Origin: Thecamonas trahens ATCC 50062
Taxonomy: Eukaryota; Protista; Apusomonadida
Direction: 5' to 3'
DNA: 64,000 nucleotides
Assembly: GCF_000142905.1 (NCBI RefSeq)
Contig: NW_013657637.1
Span: 62,001-126,000, forward strand
Positions 1 through 11,034 of this stretch are shown here, one piece after another. The notes beneath the pieces are model-generated. The model saw nothing but the letters and a program-made list of their open reading frames with translations. It was not told the DNA's origin and ran no database searches. Both the position numbers and the translations under genes were made by a program. Positions within the stretch are counted from its first letter, which is position 1. Each line of letters starts with the position of its first letter.

Positions 1-27
1 CACCACCATCATTATCACCACCCCCCC

Positions 28-127
28 NNNNNNNNNNNNNNNNNNNNNNNNNNNNNNNNNNNNNNNNNNNNNNNNNNNNNNNNNNNNNNNNNNNNNNNNN
101 NNNNNNNNNNNNNNNNNNNNNNNNNNN
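28..127. other. assembly gap (N run); further gaps at 13880-13979, 26145-26360 and 32568-32920
   Basis: Runs of N, mostly flanked by poly-C or poly-G tracts. Confidence 0.99.
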
Positions 128-317
128 TACAAGACTTATTGAGGTATCACCCCCCCTGATAATTTCTCATGCGTATGTCACATTCTATTTTGAACTAGTC
201 GAAGCTGACGAACAGAAATAAGGAGGGTGGGGGAGGAAAGGAAAAAGAAGGGGAGAAAGAGCCCTGTTTTTTTAGAGGGAAGGAAAACCCCCATCATCAT
301 CATCATCACCCCCCCCC

Positions 318-349
<32 letters not shown>

Positions 350-404
350 ATGAACACCCTTCATGCCACACAGCAACAGGCCCTCCCCCCACACACACAC
401 CCGC

Positions 405-439
<35 letters not shown>

Positions 440-484
440 CACACAACACACAACACCCCACCACACACACACAACACCACTGGC

Positions 485-3400
485 ATGTTTGCACCTGTAG
501 CCTCCAGGGCAGGTGGTTACACAGGCCAAGCACATGTCCCTCTTGCCGGACCAGCCAGCCTTGGACGACTCGGTGGGCGGGAAGTTGACGCTGGCCAGCA
601 GTCTGCTCGGGCCACCACGGCCACCACGGCCACCACGGCCATCACGTCCTCCACGTCCACCACTGTGGACGATGTACATGGGTCTGGTCATGGCCCGTGG
701 AAGGGCTTCATTAATCGTCCTGCTCCCAAACCATCTGTGTCAGGTAGGGTGACATGGCGGCTGACAGAGGACGACGCAAGAGCCATTGCAAGGGCAGAGG
801 CTGTCGCCTTACATATCCCGGGCACGGCCAGCAATTCCAAGATCAAGATGGACAAACACGTGCGAGAGACGAACGCGCGAGAGGCGCACGCGCGAGTCAC
901 CCACGCGCGAGTCACCCATGCGCTGGACAAGCCTTTCGCAGACTTGACATCATCTCGCTTGTCGCTGCAAGGATCGTCGGTCACCGCCAGCAGTCATCAG
1001 CATGCTAGTGGCCGCACTCATCATGCGCATCCGCACCCGCCAAGACCTCGGCCACATCGGCCATCATCGGCTGCACAGTCAGACTCGACGCTGTTGTCGT
1101 CGGCTGTGGAGGAGGGGAGAGAGACCGTCGTCCCGCACTTGGCTGCCGCCGCAAAGCGGAGATCCCGGGCTCTCAATTCGCTGCTCAAGAAAGGCCGGAT
1201 CAGGAGGCCGCGAACAGCCTCAAAAGGAGATGGCTCAGGTCCGGCTTTGGTCGTGCCGCGCCCGCCGTCGGCCCCACAGGCTTCGAACGACGACTGGCGA
1301 CGTCCGCGCGGCCGCGGTAGAAAGGCCCGCGCAAAGTTTGCCACCTCGGCTGGCGATGCCATGTCGTCACACATGCACGAGCGCGCCATGGAGCGCATGT
1401 TGTGGGGACCGGACGGCCCGCCTGACGTGCTCCGGGCTCCGCAGGAGAAAGAGCCGGCCGCCGCCGCTCCAGCCTCTGGTCGGCAGCCCCTCCCGTCTGC
1501 CCAGCCGCTGCGCTCGGCGCTCAAGACCAGACCACTCGCCGACCAGCTGGTCTCAGCGTCGTCGACTGCGGCCGGCACCGACGTCAGTGCCACCCAGCTT
1601 CTGCCAACCGTCTCTGTCTTGCACATTGACGACTCATCCGAGACGTTGGAATCGGCCTCAGCCTCGGGCTCAGCCTCAGACTCGAGCTCGGGCTCAGACT
1701 CGGGCTCAGCCGCCTCCATGCGCACCGCATGTACCGTCATGTCTGTAGCTTCCCTCACCTCTGGCTCGGGATCAGACTCGGGCGACAACGCTGGCTCGGG
1801 TCACCAGCAGCGCGGGCACGTGTCGTTCATGCCAGCATCGACAGTGCTGCACCTCCACGAGCTTACACCGCCTGGAACCAGCCCCGAGGCGCGCGTCTCG
1901 CAGGCGACGGTTGACCACGCCCACGACCATTTCGAGAGTGTGAGAGAGGTCCGCCGGCAGCAGACGTGGCGGCAGGGCGAGGTCGAAAACATCCGTGACT
2001 TGCAGCAGCGCATCGAGCGCGGCGTCTCGTGCCTCCGCGACGACCTACTCAACCCGCACATCCACGGAGCCCGGGACACACCCGCCGCCTTTGCCAGCAT
2101 GTACCAGCAGCCGCTCCCGCTGCCGCCATCCAACGTTCGCGGCGCCTCGCTGCAGGTGGTTCATGGCACCGAACGCGAGGTCCACGTCTATCCGCTCCCG
2201 CCCAACGTCTGGTCCACCTCTGCGCCGCTCCCGCCCGTCCGCATCATCACCGGAGTTGTCCCAGCCCGCCTCCGCAAGCAGCGCGACGAGCGCAATCGTG
2301 TGGCCATGGGCCTCGCCGCGCGCAAGCGCTCGGGCGCCACGACGTCGCCGCGCTCGCCAAACGTGCCGGGCGCTGTCTCGCGCCATCCGACCACCGCCAG
2401 AGTGCCGCCGACCGCAGACCCGTGCACCGCAGACACTGATGACGTCGTCGCCGGCATGGAGCACCTGACACAAGCCGAGCGTGCCCAGTTCACTGCACTC
2501 CTCGCCCGTGTCGACGACATCAACTGCGCCGTCCGCTGCGATGCCATCCTCACCCTCGCCCGCGCCAACTTTGACTCGCCACTCCTCGCTCAGGCTCTTG
2601 AGCGCCACCTTGCCGACTACGACCTCAATGTGCAGTTCCAAGCCGCACTGGCGCTGTTCGAGCGGAACCCGCGCCACAGCGCAGCCCGCGACAAGCTCCT
2701 CACCTTTCTCACCATGCACCACCCGCCCGAGACCCGCCTCGCCGCCATCCGCGGCCTCTCGCGCGCCGAGCCTGACTCGGGCGCCTTCTGGGAGTCGCTT
2801 GTCCGCTACGTGGCTCGCGAAGAGGATGATGCCGTCCGCTTCGACGCCGCCCTCCACCTCGCTCACAATATCAACAGAGGCCATCTCGATGCTCGCCTCG
2901 TCATTGTCCTCGAAGAAAATCTCGGCGAGGCTGACCCGGCCATTGTCTTCCGCGCTGCGCAGGGCCTCACCAAGCTCAACGCCCGCCACGACCAGGTCGC
3001 CAACGCCATGCTCCTCCTGCTCAATGGCTCGTTGTGGTCGACCCGTGTCAAGGTCATCACCAACCTCCGCATCCTCTTCCCCTCGCTCTCGGCCCGCTAC
3101 CGCGAGCTCGTCACCGAGCGCCTCATCGGCTTGCTCTGGCGCGACCCATCGCTGGCCGTCAAGGAGCACGCTGCGCTCGCACTCGTTGCCATCTCCCAGG
3201 AGCGCAGGGCATTTGACATGCTCCGCGACTCTCTCACCGACCGCAGCGCCCACGTCCGCCGCGCCGCCCTCCACTGCCTGCAAATCCTCGGCGTCCGCGG
3301 CGAGATCATGTCGCGCATCATCCTCGATGCCCTCGAGGACGACGACTCGGAGGTTCGTGGCGAGGCCGCCCGGGTTGCAGCCACCCTCGCCACTCCCAGC

Positions 3401-3556
3401 GAGTACCGCATCGTCCGCAAGCTCCGCCGCCGCCTCGCAGACCCCAACATCGGCGTCCGCGCTCACGCCGAGCACGCCCTCATCGCCCTCGGCGTCGACT
3501 ACGTCTCGCCAGCAGAGGTCTCCAAGGCCCTCTACACCACTTCGCCCGAAAAATAG
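485..3556 (+). CDS. HEAT-repeat protein (disordered N-terminal half, C-terminal PBS-lyase/HEAT repeats, HEATR4-like)
   Basis: C-terminal repeats such as DRSAHVRRAALHCL, EDDDSEVRGEAARVA, LADPNIGVRAHAEHAL. Start placed at MFAPV (485); the upstream ORF part is CA/CAT microsatellite. Confidence 0.75.
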   Translation: MFAPVASRAGGYTGQAHVPLAGPASLGRLGGREVDAGQQSARATTATTATTAITSSTSTTVDDVHGSGHGPWKGFINRPAPKPSVSGRVTWRLTEDDARAIARAEAVALHIPGTASNSKIKMDKHVRETNAREAHARVTHARVTHALDKPFADLTSSRLSLQGSSVTASSHQHASGRTHHAHPHPPRPRPHRPSSAAQSDSTLLSSAVEEGRETVVPHLAAAAKRRSRALNSLLKKGRIRRPRTASKGDGSGPALVVPRPPSAPQASNDDWRRPRGRGRKARAKFATSAGDAMSSHMHERAMERMLWGPDGPPDVLRAPQEKEPAAAAPASGRQPLPSAQPLRSALKTRPLADQLVSASSTAAGTDVSATQLLPTVSVLHIDDSSETLESASASGSASDSSSGSDSGSAASMRTACTVMSVASLTSGSGSDSGDNAGSGHQQRGHVSFMPASTVLHLHELTPPGTSPEARVSQATVDHAHDHFESVREVRRQQTWRQGEVENIRDLQQRIERGVSCLRDDLLNPHIHGARDTPAAFASMYQQPLPLPPSNVRGASLQVVHGTEREVHVYPLPPNVWSTSAPLPPVRIITGVVPARLRKQRDERNRVAMGLAARKRSGATTSPRSPNVPGAVSRHPTTARVPPTADPCTADTDDVVAGMEHLTQAERAQFTALLARVDDINCAVRCDAILTLARANFDSPLLAQALERHLADYDLNVQFQAALALFERNPRHSAARDKLLTFLTMHHPPETRLAAIRGLSRAEPDSGAFWESLVRYVAREEDDAVRFDAALHLAHNINRGHLDARLVIVLEENLGEADPAIVFRAAQGLTKLNARHDQVANAMLLLLNGSLWSTRVKVITNLRILFPSLSARYRELVTERLIGLLWRDPSLAVKEHAALALVAISQERRAFDMLRDSLTDRSAHVRRAALHCLQILGVRGEIMSRIILDALEDDDSEVRGEAARVAATLATPSEYRIVRKLRRRLADPNIGVRAHAEHALIALGVDYVSPAEVSKALYTTSPEK

Positions 3557-3566
3557 CGCCACGCTT

Positions 3567-4685
3567 TTAATCAAACTTCTTCTCCAGCACAACCATCCCG
3601 CCAGTGTTGTCAAACTTGCTGTCGACGTAGTAGACCTTCCGCGCCTTGGCGCCCGGCCCGCGCCCGATCGTCAGCGCCGGCGTGAACGCCTCCTTGACGC
3701 TCGCCCGGTGCGCGTCGGGGTAGAACGACGAGATGTAGCTAAACTCGGTCTCGCTTCGCTCAAAGGCAGTGATGTAGACCGTCCGGAGTAGTGCAGTTGT
3801 CACCTCGGCGCTCGTCGCATACACTGCCGCGTACAGTTCGAGCCCGTTGTGGCGCGGCGAGTCAGCAATGTGCACAAAGCCGCGAAGCGCTCCAGTCGCC
3901 CGATCGCGCGCAGCCGCAAAGACGTGCGGCTCCATCGCCGATGCCACTCCGTTCGGCATCGCAAGCGCCTCCAGCGTCGCCGTGCACCCGGTCAGTGGCA
4001 CCCAGTCCGAGACAAGGATCGATGCGTCGCTGCGGATGGCTGCTAGCTCCGAGCTCTCGGCCGCAGCGCCGTCGTACAGCTCAGCGCCGAGCGCCGGAGC
4101 CTCGATCCACTCCACCTCAAACTCAGAACTTGCTTCTGGCAGCGCGTCTGCTACCCACGCATCACTGCCGCCAGGAAGGACCAAAAACGCACGTTGGCGA
4201 ACAATGGCGTAGCCGCGGCGCTCATGCATGGCCACCGACTTTGATCGTGGCAGCGTGGTGATCCGCAGCAACTGCGGCGAAGCGTCCAGACCAAAGCACG
4301 CCGGATCAGTACGCACGGCATCCACATGCGCCAGACATGCAGCCGTCAGTGCCGACGCAATGCCCTTGCCCTGCTGATCAGGCCTCGTCCGGAGAGCCTG
4401 AAACAAGAGAGACGGCGCCGTAGCCGGAAACGGAAGAACGACGACCGAGTCGAGGCCAACCACCTCCTCATCCTCGCCCTTCTTGATGACCGCCACAAAC
4501 ACCTTTCGTAGCCCATCCGCCAAGTACCGATCCAGGGTCAGCGGCAAATAATCATGTCCACCGTAGATGAGTTCGCCTGAGATGGCCAAAATGCCGTCGC
4601 GGTCGGCCTCATTGGCCTCGCGAATAGCAAACTCCCCGCCGCACCCGCCCTTGCTCTCGCCAGCTCCCACACCAGCATCCGTCAT
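3567..4685 (-). CDS. GNAT acetyltransferase, NAT16/histidine N-acetyltransferase-like
   Basis: IREA..D..GILAISGELIYGGHDYLP resembles the NAT16 N-terminal motif; acetyl-CoA motif LRTRPDQQGKGIASAL; ATG at 4685. Confidence 0.75.
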   Translation of the reverse strand: MTDAGVGAGESKGGCGGEFAIREANEADRDGILAISGELIYGGHDYLPLTLDRYLADGLRKVFVAVIKKGEDEEVVGLDSVVVLPFPATAPSLLFQALRTRPDQQGKGIASALTAACLAHVDAVRTDPACFGLDASPQLLRITTLPRSKSVAMHERRGYAIVRQRAFLVLPGGSDAWVADALPEASSEFEVEWIEAPALGAELYDGAAAESSELAAIRSDASILVSDWVPLTGCTATLEALAMPNGVASAMEPHVFAAARDRATGALRGFVHIADSPRHNGLELYAAVYATSAEVTTALLRTVYITAFERSETEFSYISSFYPDAHRASVKEAFTPALTIGRGPGAKARKVYYVDSKFDNTGGMVVLEKKFD

Positions 4686-5571
4686 CGTCCGTCCGTCACA
4701 AGCTCCACGAAGCCCCCACAACCACCGCTTTGTCCACTTCGAGACAGCTGTTGACCGCCAGCCACCACCGCCAGCCCAGCACCAATCGGGAGCAGCTACA
4801 CGACTCCGTGTCCGCCAATGACATCACGCGCGCGTTTGCCACAGCGATGCGCCCGCCTGCACGACGCTCAAGCGATACCAGCCAAGCCAAGCGATGAGCA
4901 CATGCACATGGATGTGATCTGATCGGCCTGCACAACGGATGTCTCGAACTGTCGTGCCTCCTTATCTCCCGCTGAGCGTGGGGTTTGGAGCCGCTCGGCG
5001 CTGAGACTGGGCCTCTCCCTGCGGAGGTCAGACAAACTGACCGGATCAAAGCTAGCAAGTACGATCATGACGTTTCCAGGCTGAGAGCAGGCGATGGTAG
5101 TGGTGGCCGATCGGTGGTTGACGCCTTGCCGTCGTCGCGGCTCAGCCCGCCGTGGCTCTCAGCCCGCCGAGGCTGACGATGCTTTGTGAATTGAGTTCCC
5201 AAGTCTCACACACGACAGATCTCCTTGTTCTCAGATACAACAATTGTGTGTGGCACGCACAGTACATTGGCGCCCACCGGTCGGCCATCGCCAATTGCTG
5301 TCATGCGCCACAGCTCCCGCATCCGCGCCAGCTGGTGCCATCTCTGGTAAACTCATGCGCCCGAGTCGGCAAATGACGCGACAAACGAGCGCAGGCTGAG
5401 GTGCTGTTGAACACGCCACCGAGGCAGCTGCAGCCAGTCCGAGTCCGAGTCTGAGTCCAAGCCACCTCTCCCGTAAGCCACCACTTCCAGGCTACTCGCA
5501 CCCAAAGCGCTTTCTCCAAGCCCTCTACTACTCCTCCTCCCGCCAGTGCTTCTTCCCACATTCCCTACATC

Positions 5572-6377
5572 ATGCCGCGCGAAGGACCGCCCGACGCCGC
5601 CGCCAAGCCGTCGCCGTTCACCACCACCTCGCTGGAGCATGTGCTCGAGGTTGACCCGTCGACCATTGAGGTCACCCGCAAGGCAGAAGAGGGCATTGTA
5701 TACAAGATGGTATGTGTCTGCATGCCCACGCCCTCCCCCCTTCCACCCACTCTATGTACCCCCACGCCACCCCGCTTGATCGCCGCTTGATCGCCGCTTG
5801 ATCGCCGCTTGGTCGATCATGCACCGGATCCAGCTAAAGGGCGTGAAGCAGCCGCGCCGTCGTTCCATCCCTGCATAACGCAAGGCGCAACGAGGGGGAT
5901 GGATACAGCGGTTGTGACGATACTCACCATGTGTATGATGATGTGCCCCTCTTCCTCCTCTGCTTGTATGACGGCTTTCGCTCTCTTAGCGTCAGGATGC
6001 CCGTTCCGAGTGCCATGAGCTCATTGGCGCCTTTGCCGAGTGTGCCAAGGGTCGCATGGTCTCCTTCCTCTGGGCTTGCCAGACACAGAAGAAGGCCATG
6101 AATCGGTGTCTCAAGGAGTTGTACGCTACGTCACATCCCTCTCTCCCCCTCTCCGCCCCCCCCCCCCCCTCCGCTCTCCCCTCCGTCCATGCTCAGACAT
6201 CCCCACTCATCACATCGATCATTCCCCTCTCTCCTTCCTCTCATCAGTATCAACGAGGCTGAGCTTGCCAAGCGCAAGCAAGCCTTTGTCGAGGATCAGC
6301 TCGACAAGTACCGCGCCGTCCTCGCACAGCGTCAGTCGGACGGTCAGAGCGCTGGGGAGGCTGGTCCGAGTAGCTGA
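5572..6377 (+). CDS. CMC1: COX assembly mitochondrial protein CMC1-like (twin CX9C); exons 5572-5709, 5990-6120, 6248-6377
   Basis: Spliced product contains CHELIGAFAEC and CQTQKKAMNRC (two CX9C). GT-AG introns with compatible phases. Confidence 0.8.
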
Positions 6378-7189
6378 TGGCGCATCCGTCGCGATCTCCT
6401 GACTCGCTGTACATGGTCTGCCAGGTATTGGCGCAGCGGGAGATCAGTCTGATCGGCATGCCCCCCTCTCCCCCCCCCCCCCCCCCCCCCTCCCCTCTCC
6501 CTCCCTCTTTCCTCCTCGTCCGCACCTCGCCTGAATACGCCACGCTCGCTCGCCGCGCCCGTTCGCCGCGCCCTGGCTACTGCAGACAGGGTGCGGGTAG
6601 GTGTACGGGTAGATGGTGAGGCAAAGAGCGGAGATGGCGAGGGAGAGAGAGCCATCCTGCCATTCCGCCATCCGCCACCCGCCATCCATCGCTTGGCGGG
6701 TTCGGCACGTCTCGGGTCACGGTCGAAGCAGCCGAGCACAATGGTATGAACTCTACCCACGGTAAAGTAGGCGATTGCTACACCCAGAGAGCTTTTAGAT
6801 GGCTCAACGCTTTGTTGCAAGGCGAGCGCGGGGCGCTGCAGCTGTAGGCGGGTGCTATCTCCTTGTTATCGTACGGACAGCGTACTCGGCCGTGAAACCT
6901 GCGCGCCGCCACTCGATGATGGCGTGCGCGACGGTCATGGTGCAATCGCTGATATATAGCCACTTGCTATGGCCGGCCGGGAAGTGTGATGGGCTGAACC
7001 TCGATTAGCACCATGTCCTGTATGCGACGACGTGCAGCCACCTGATCGCCTGCCTGATCGCGCGCCTTCTGCACAGCGCTTGTCGCCTCGTCTCCATTGC
7101 CAGCCTTTCTTACTCAAAGCCCAGATCCAGACTGAGGACACTGCACTTCTGTAAGGCGGAAGGAGGTAGAGAGCCGGCTGGGCATAGGC

Positions 7190-7702
7190 ATGCGTGGGTG
7201 GCAGGTCCACGTGGCATACATGCTTGTTCTCCTGGCGGCCAACTGCGTGTGGTACTTTGCGGGCTATGCCTCACTCACAGAGTGTCGGCCATCAACCGGT
7301 AGTGATGGAGGGCTGATGATGCGGGCACTGGTGGGCAATGGAGGAAAAAATGCGAGGAATTTTCAGCCCGGGCCATGGATGGTCCCGCCGTCACATGCAG
7401 AAGCGAATGGTGTGCTGAAAAGGGTTCTCGTCCCGGCTGATGCCCTGCCCAAGACCACGGGCGTGTCGATGGCGGTCATTGCCAGCGGCGGCTTGGTGCC
7501 GGATCACGTCCACGAGTCCAAGATGGAGGTCTTTGTTGTTGTCGCTGCCGACGAGGCCAGCTTACTGAGCGTCCGTGGCAGCGATGGCGGAGAGGTACAA
7601 CTGGATGTCGGCGATGCGGTCGTCTTCTATCCTGGCGTCCAGCACGGCCTGCGCAACATCGGGCCCGGCGATGTAACGGTCATGTACTTTGGGCTGGTGT
7701 AG
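7190..7702 (+). CDS. cupin-domain protein with N-terminal signal/TM segment
   Basis: Cupin motifs VPDHVHESKMEVFVV and GDAVVFYPGVQHGLRN; hydrophobic N-terminus. Confidence 0.8.
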   Translation: MRGWQVHVAYMLVLLAANCVWYFAGYASLTECRPSTGSDGGLMMRALVGNGGKNARNFQPGPWMVPPSHAEANGVLKRVLVPADALPKTTGVSMAVIASGGLVPDHVHESKMEVFVVVAADEASLLSVRGSDGGEVQLDVGDAVVFYPGVQHGLRNIGPGDVTVMYFGLV

Positions 7703-7709
7703 GCTGTGG

Positions 7710-10700
7710 TCAGAATGACGACGCCGGCAAGATCCCGATGGGGATGCGGATGGGCGGGCACTCAAGAAAGACATCATCGCCATCGTCACCTTCGTCGCAG
7801 TCGTCGTCGCTGGCTGGTGCGTCGCCGGCTGACGCAGGGAGAAGCATGCCAGAGTCGTCGGCGCTGATTGCACCCAGCGGGCCAAGCTCGATGTCGTCAA
7901 AGAGACCAGCCGACGCTGCACGCGGGATGCGCGAGGCTGACCGCTCAAACACGTCTCGAGCGTGTGGCGGCGATGCCGAGGACGCCAGTGCCAGCCGCTC
8001 CAGCCGGGAAGCAAGGTCGTCCAGCCGCTTCGGATCGCGGGTCCGGCGCATTTCGTCGAGCAGCTGCGTACGGACACGCTGTGCCTCAGGCGATGGGGTG
8101 CGGTGTAGGATCGAACCGGAAGACGGAAGCGGATTTGGACGCAGGGGCAGCGAGTCGAGGATGGAGTGGCGCGGCGGAAAGATCGAGTTGCTGCGGTGTG
8201 CCGCCAGAGGCGGCGATGACGGCGACAAGGAGGCGGCAAGGGCGATCGGCGGACCGACCGACGAGAACCGCATGTCTGGCGTCAGCGAGAGGTCGAGGCT
8301 CAACGCGAGTGACGACGGCGCTGAACCTGGGGTCAGCGGCTGGCGAGGCGGGAACGCCGACGGTGTGGCCGAGAGCGCAGCAGCCGCTGGCTTGGTAAAC
8401 ACCCGGGCCCGGCTTGGCTTCCCGGCGATCTCAGTGGTCGGTCGGGGAGACTGTGCGGACGGCAGCAGTGGTGGCGGGGAAGGCGTGGTAGTCAATGGTG
8501 TGGATGGTGAGGGTGTGGGTGAGGGCGAGGGCGGGGAGTCAATCTCAATCGCGACCTCGGGTTCAGAATGGGCTGAGGACGAGGCCGAGGCTTCAAACTC
8601 GGTTTCGGTCCCGGTCTTAGGCTCGGACTTGAGCTCAGTCTCGGCCTCGGTCTCGGCCTCGGCCTCGGTCTCAGGCTTGGTCTCGGGCTCGGGCTCAGAC
8701 TCGGGCTCGATCTCGGTCTCGGTCTCAGACTCGGTCTCGGTCTCGGTCTCAGTCTCGGGCTCGGGCTCAGACTCGGGCTCGATCTCGGTCTCAGTCTCGG
8801 TGTCAGGCTCAGTCTCGGGCTCAGGCTCGGTCTCAGGCTCGATCTCAGTCTCGGGCTCGGGCTCAGACTCGGGCTCGATCTCGGTCTCGGTCTCAGTCTC
8901 GGTCTCGGTTTCGGTCTTGGGCTCAGACTCCGGATCATGTTCAGACTCGGGCTCGGGCTCGGTCTCGGTCTCGGTCTCGGGCTCAGACTCCAGATCAGGT
9001 TCAGACTCGGACTCAGGCTTGATATCAGGCTCGATATCAGGCTTGACTTCAACCTTGGACCCCCGCTCCGTCTCGGGCTCGGGCTCGTCCTCGAGCTGCG
9101 GGGCGGGCGCAGGCTCGACTTCAAGCTCGGACGCCAGCTCGAGTGTAGGCTCATCTTCAGGCTCATCCTCGGGCTCATCCTTGACCTCGGACTCGGCATA
9201 CGCGTACTCGTACGCGGATTCATCAGAACGATACTCCAACTGTACGACCTGGCCCGAGATAACTCGTCCGCCGCCCCAAAACGCACTCGTTGCCTCGGTC
9301 TGATACGCCAGCGTTGCTGCGGCGCCTTGCGAGGCGCTCATTGTAATATCCTCGTTGTGAGCAGGACTTGCGGCAACTGCTCCAAAACCGTCGTCAGTCT
9401 CTCGTCCCACACTGCACGCGCTGTCGGTTGAGACGCAACTTGTCGGTGACGCAGGAACGTCGGCGTCCTCACCAGACACTTCAAGCACGGTCGAGAGGTG
9501 CATAAACTGCAGCACCGGCTCCGGCTCCAGCTCCGCCGGTGGCGCTGGCACATCAGTGTCTGATCCCGAGCCGCCCGAGTCGGAGCGGAGTGTGTCCGGC
9601 GGTGAGTCGGGCAGGTATTCGGGCTTGGGCTCCACCACACGCGGTGACTCATGCAGGACGGCCGTCACTGCCGTGACCGAACCTTCGTCGGTCTCGCTTC
9701 CAATAGTTCGCGGCGAGTCGTGCAAGACAGCAGTGACTACAGTCTCGGAGCCATCATCTGCGTCGCCCAGCACTCGCGGCGTCTCGCCGTCAGCCCACTC
9801 GGCTCTGACGTCGTCGCAGCTGGGCTCCGGCGATGCCGACATGCTCTCTGTCGACGCTGCTGGCACCACATTAATGATGATGCCCGAGTCGACCTTCACG
9901 GTCAGTCGACAGCTGTCGTCGCTGTTGTCGTATTCGCCGTAATCGTCGCCGTCCGACTCACCCGACTCGGCCACCGACATGGACTCGGACGCGTAGCCGC
10001 CGACTCTTGCCGCAAACTGCTCGAGTACGGCCTGATTTGAGCGAGGATCAACGCCACCGCTGTCATCATGCTCGTATCCATCCTCGGAATCGCTGCGGCT
10101 GCTCCACAACATCGCAGGCTCTCCGCCTTGGCCGTCGTCATCGTTGTAGTTGACATCCTCGTCATCCAGCGAGTGCATAACCGACGACGAGAGCTCTGAG
10201 TGATAGCCGTCAACTCGACCAGCAGCAATCAGAGCCACAGATCGACGCGAGTCGAGATGCATGGGCAGCGGTGAGGCACACTCGTCGCCATCACCACCCC
10301 GACGTTGTAGAACCTTGCCTACACCATGATTAGGGTCACAACCAGGATCATCCATATGACGACCATGGTGACGGCCGCTGGCGACTGCGTCATCACTCTC
10401 TACATCGTTGTCGTCATCATTGCTGTCGTCGCTATCGTTGCCATCGCGATGGCGGCGATTGCAGCGGACGTGATCGCGATCATCGTGATCATCGTGATCA
10501 TCATCATCTTTGCTGGAATTGGGCTTGTGGCTGAGGCTCGAAGCAACCTCGGCACCAGCAGGGTCAGAATACGGCATCTGATTGTTGCGAAGGAAGCGGA
10601 GTGGAGCAGAGGCGTGGGCAGGCGGTGAGACGCTCAGCTCTTCCTCGCCGCCTGTGTCGTAATCGTAGGCATACTCGGCAAGCGAGCCAGAGCCTACACC

Positions 10701-10736
10701 ATTGCTGAGCGAGTACGAAGACAGCTCAGACTCCAT
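7710..10736 (-). CDS. large acidic low-complexity hypothetical protein with E-P/E-T repeat tract
   Basis: About 1000-codon ORF, D/E/S-rich, genome-typical codon use, no recognisable domain. Confidence 0.65.
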   Translation of the reverse strand: MESELSSYSLSNGVGSGSLAEYAYDYDTGGEEELSVSPPAHASAPLRFLRNNQMPYSDPAGAEVASSLSHKPNSSKDDDDHDDHDDRDHVRCNRRHRDGNDSDDSNDDDNDVESDDAVASGRHHGRHMDDPGCDPNHGVGKVLQRRGGDGDECASPLPMHLDSRRSVALIAAGRVDGYHSELSSSVMHSLDDEDVNYNDDDGQGGEPAMLWSSRSDSEDGYEHDDSGGVDPRSNQAVLEQFAARVGGYASESMSVAESGESDGDDYGEYDNSDDSCRLTVKVDSGIIINVVPAASTESMSASPEPSCDDVRAEWADGETPRVLGDADDGSETVVTAVLHDSPRTIGSETDEGSVTAVTAVLHESPRVVEPKPEYLPDSPPDTLRSDSGGSGSDTDVPAPPAELEPEPVLQFMHLSTVLEVSGEDADVPASPTSCVSTDSACSVGRETDDGFGAVAASPAHNEDITMSASQGAAATLAYQTEATSAFWGGGRVISGQVVQLEYRSDESAYEYAYAESEVKDEPEDEPEDEPTLELASELEVEPAPAPQLEDEPEPETERGSKVEVKPDIEPDIKPESESEPDLESEPETETETEPEPESEHDPESEPKTETETETETETEIEPESEPEPETEIEPETEPEPETEPDTETETEIEPESEPEPETETETETESETETEIEPESEPEPETKPETEAEAETEAETELKSEPKTGTETEFEASASSSAHSEPEVAIEIDSPPSPSPTPSPSTPLTTTPSPPPLLPSAQSPRPTTEIAGKPSRARVFTKPAAAALSATPSAFPPRQPLTPGSAPSSLALSLDLSLTPDMRFSSVGPPIALAASLSPSSPPLAAHRSNSIFPPRHSILDSLPLRPNPLPSSGSILHRTPSPEAQRVRTQLLDEMRRTRDPKRLDDLASRLERLALASSASPPHARDVFERSASRIPRAASAGLFDDIELGPLGAISADDSGMLLPASAGDAPASDDDCDEGDDGDDVFLECPPIRIPIGILPASSF
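8600..9090. repeat. coding hexamer-based repeat (GAGACC/GAGCCC/GAGTCT on minus strand) encoding [10 protein letters not shown]
   Basis: Degenerate tcggtc/tcgggc arrays on the plus strand. Confidence 0.85.
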
Positions 10737-11034
10737 ATCCTCCACTTCTCGCGCGTGTCAGTCGTCGCTCTCTCCCTCTGTCCCTCTCTCCTCCTCTCGC
10801 TCTGTCGCTCTCCCGCCGAGTTGCGTGTCGCTCTCTCCGCAAACTCGCCCGCCAAGCCAGCCCGCCCGCCGGCCCCTGCCCGCCGGCCACTCCGCCCGCG
10901 CGACCGCTCTCACTCGCCCGATCACCGCATATTCGCGACTGCAAGGCCACCAGCAGTCATCGATCGCAATTATGAGTCTTATTGCTGTCGGGTTTCGATG
11001 GGGGGGGAGGGAGGGAGGGGGGAGGGGGCCGACT

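Noticed and set aside
227-484. N-terminal ORF extensions through microsatellites (also 21037-21243, 31067-31198, 38099-38296, 40090-40364, 52441-52749)
   Set aside because: They translate CA/CAT/poly-C UTR or intron sequence from non-ATG or implausible starts; better ATGs lie downstream.
6378-7189. Possible small genes between CMC1 and the cupin (also 4722-5571)
   Set aside because: Short ORFs without recognisable motifs or typical codon bias; they cannot be supported.
7738-9303. Long antisense or alternate-frame ORFs (also 2045-3613, 17303-19855, 26887-28731, 35563-36828, 42015-43199, 55234-56619)
   Set aside because: These are shadow ORFs expected opposite GC-rich coding sequence; they are Ser/Ala/Arg-rich with no motifs.
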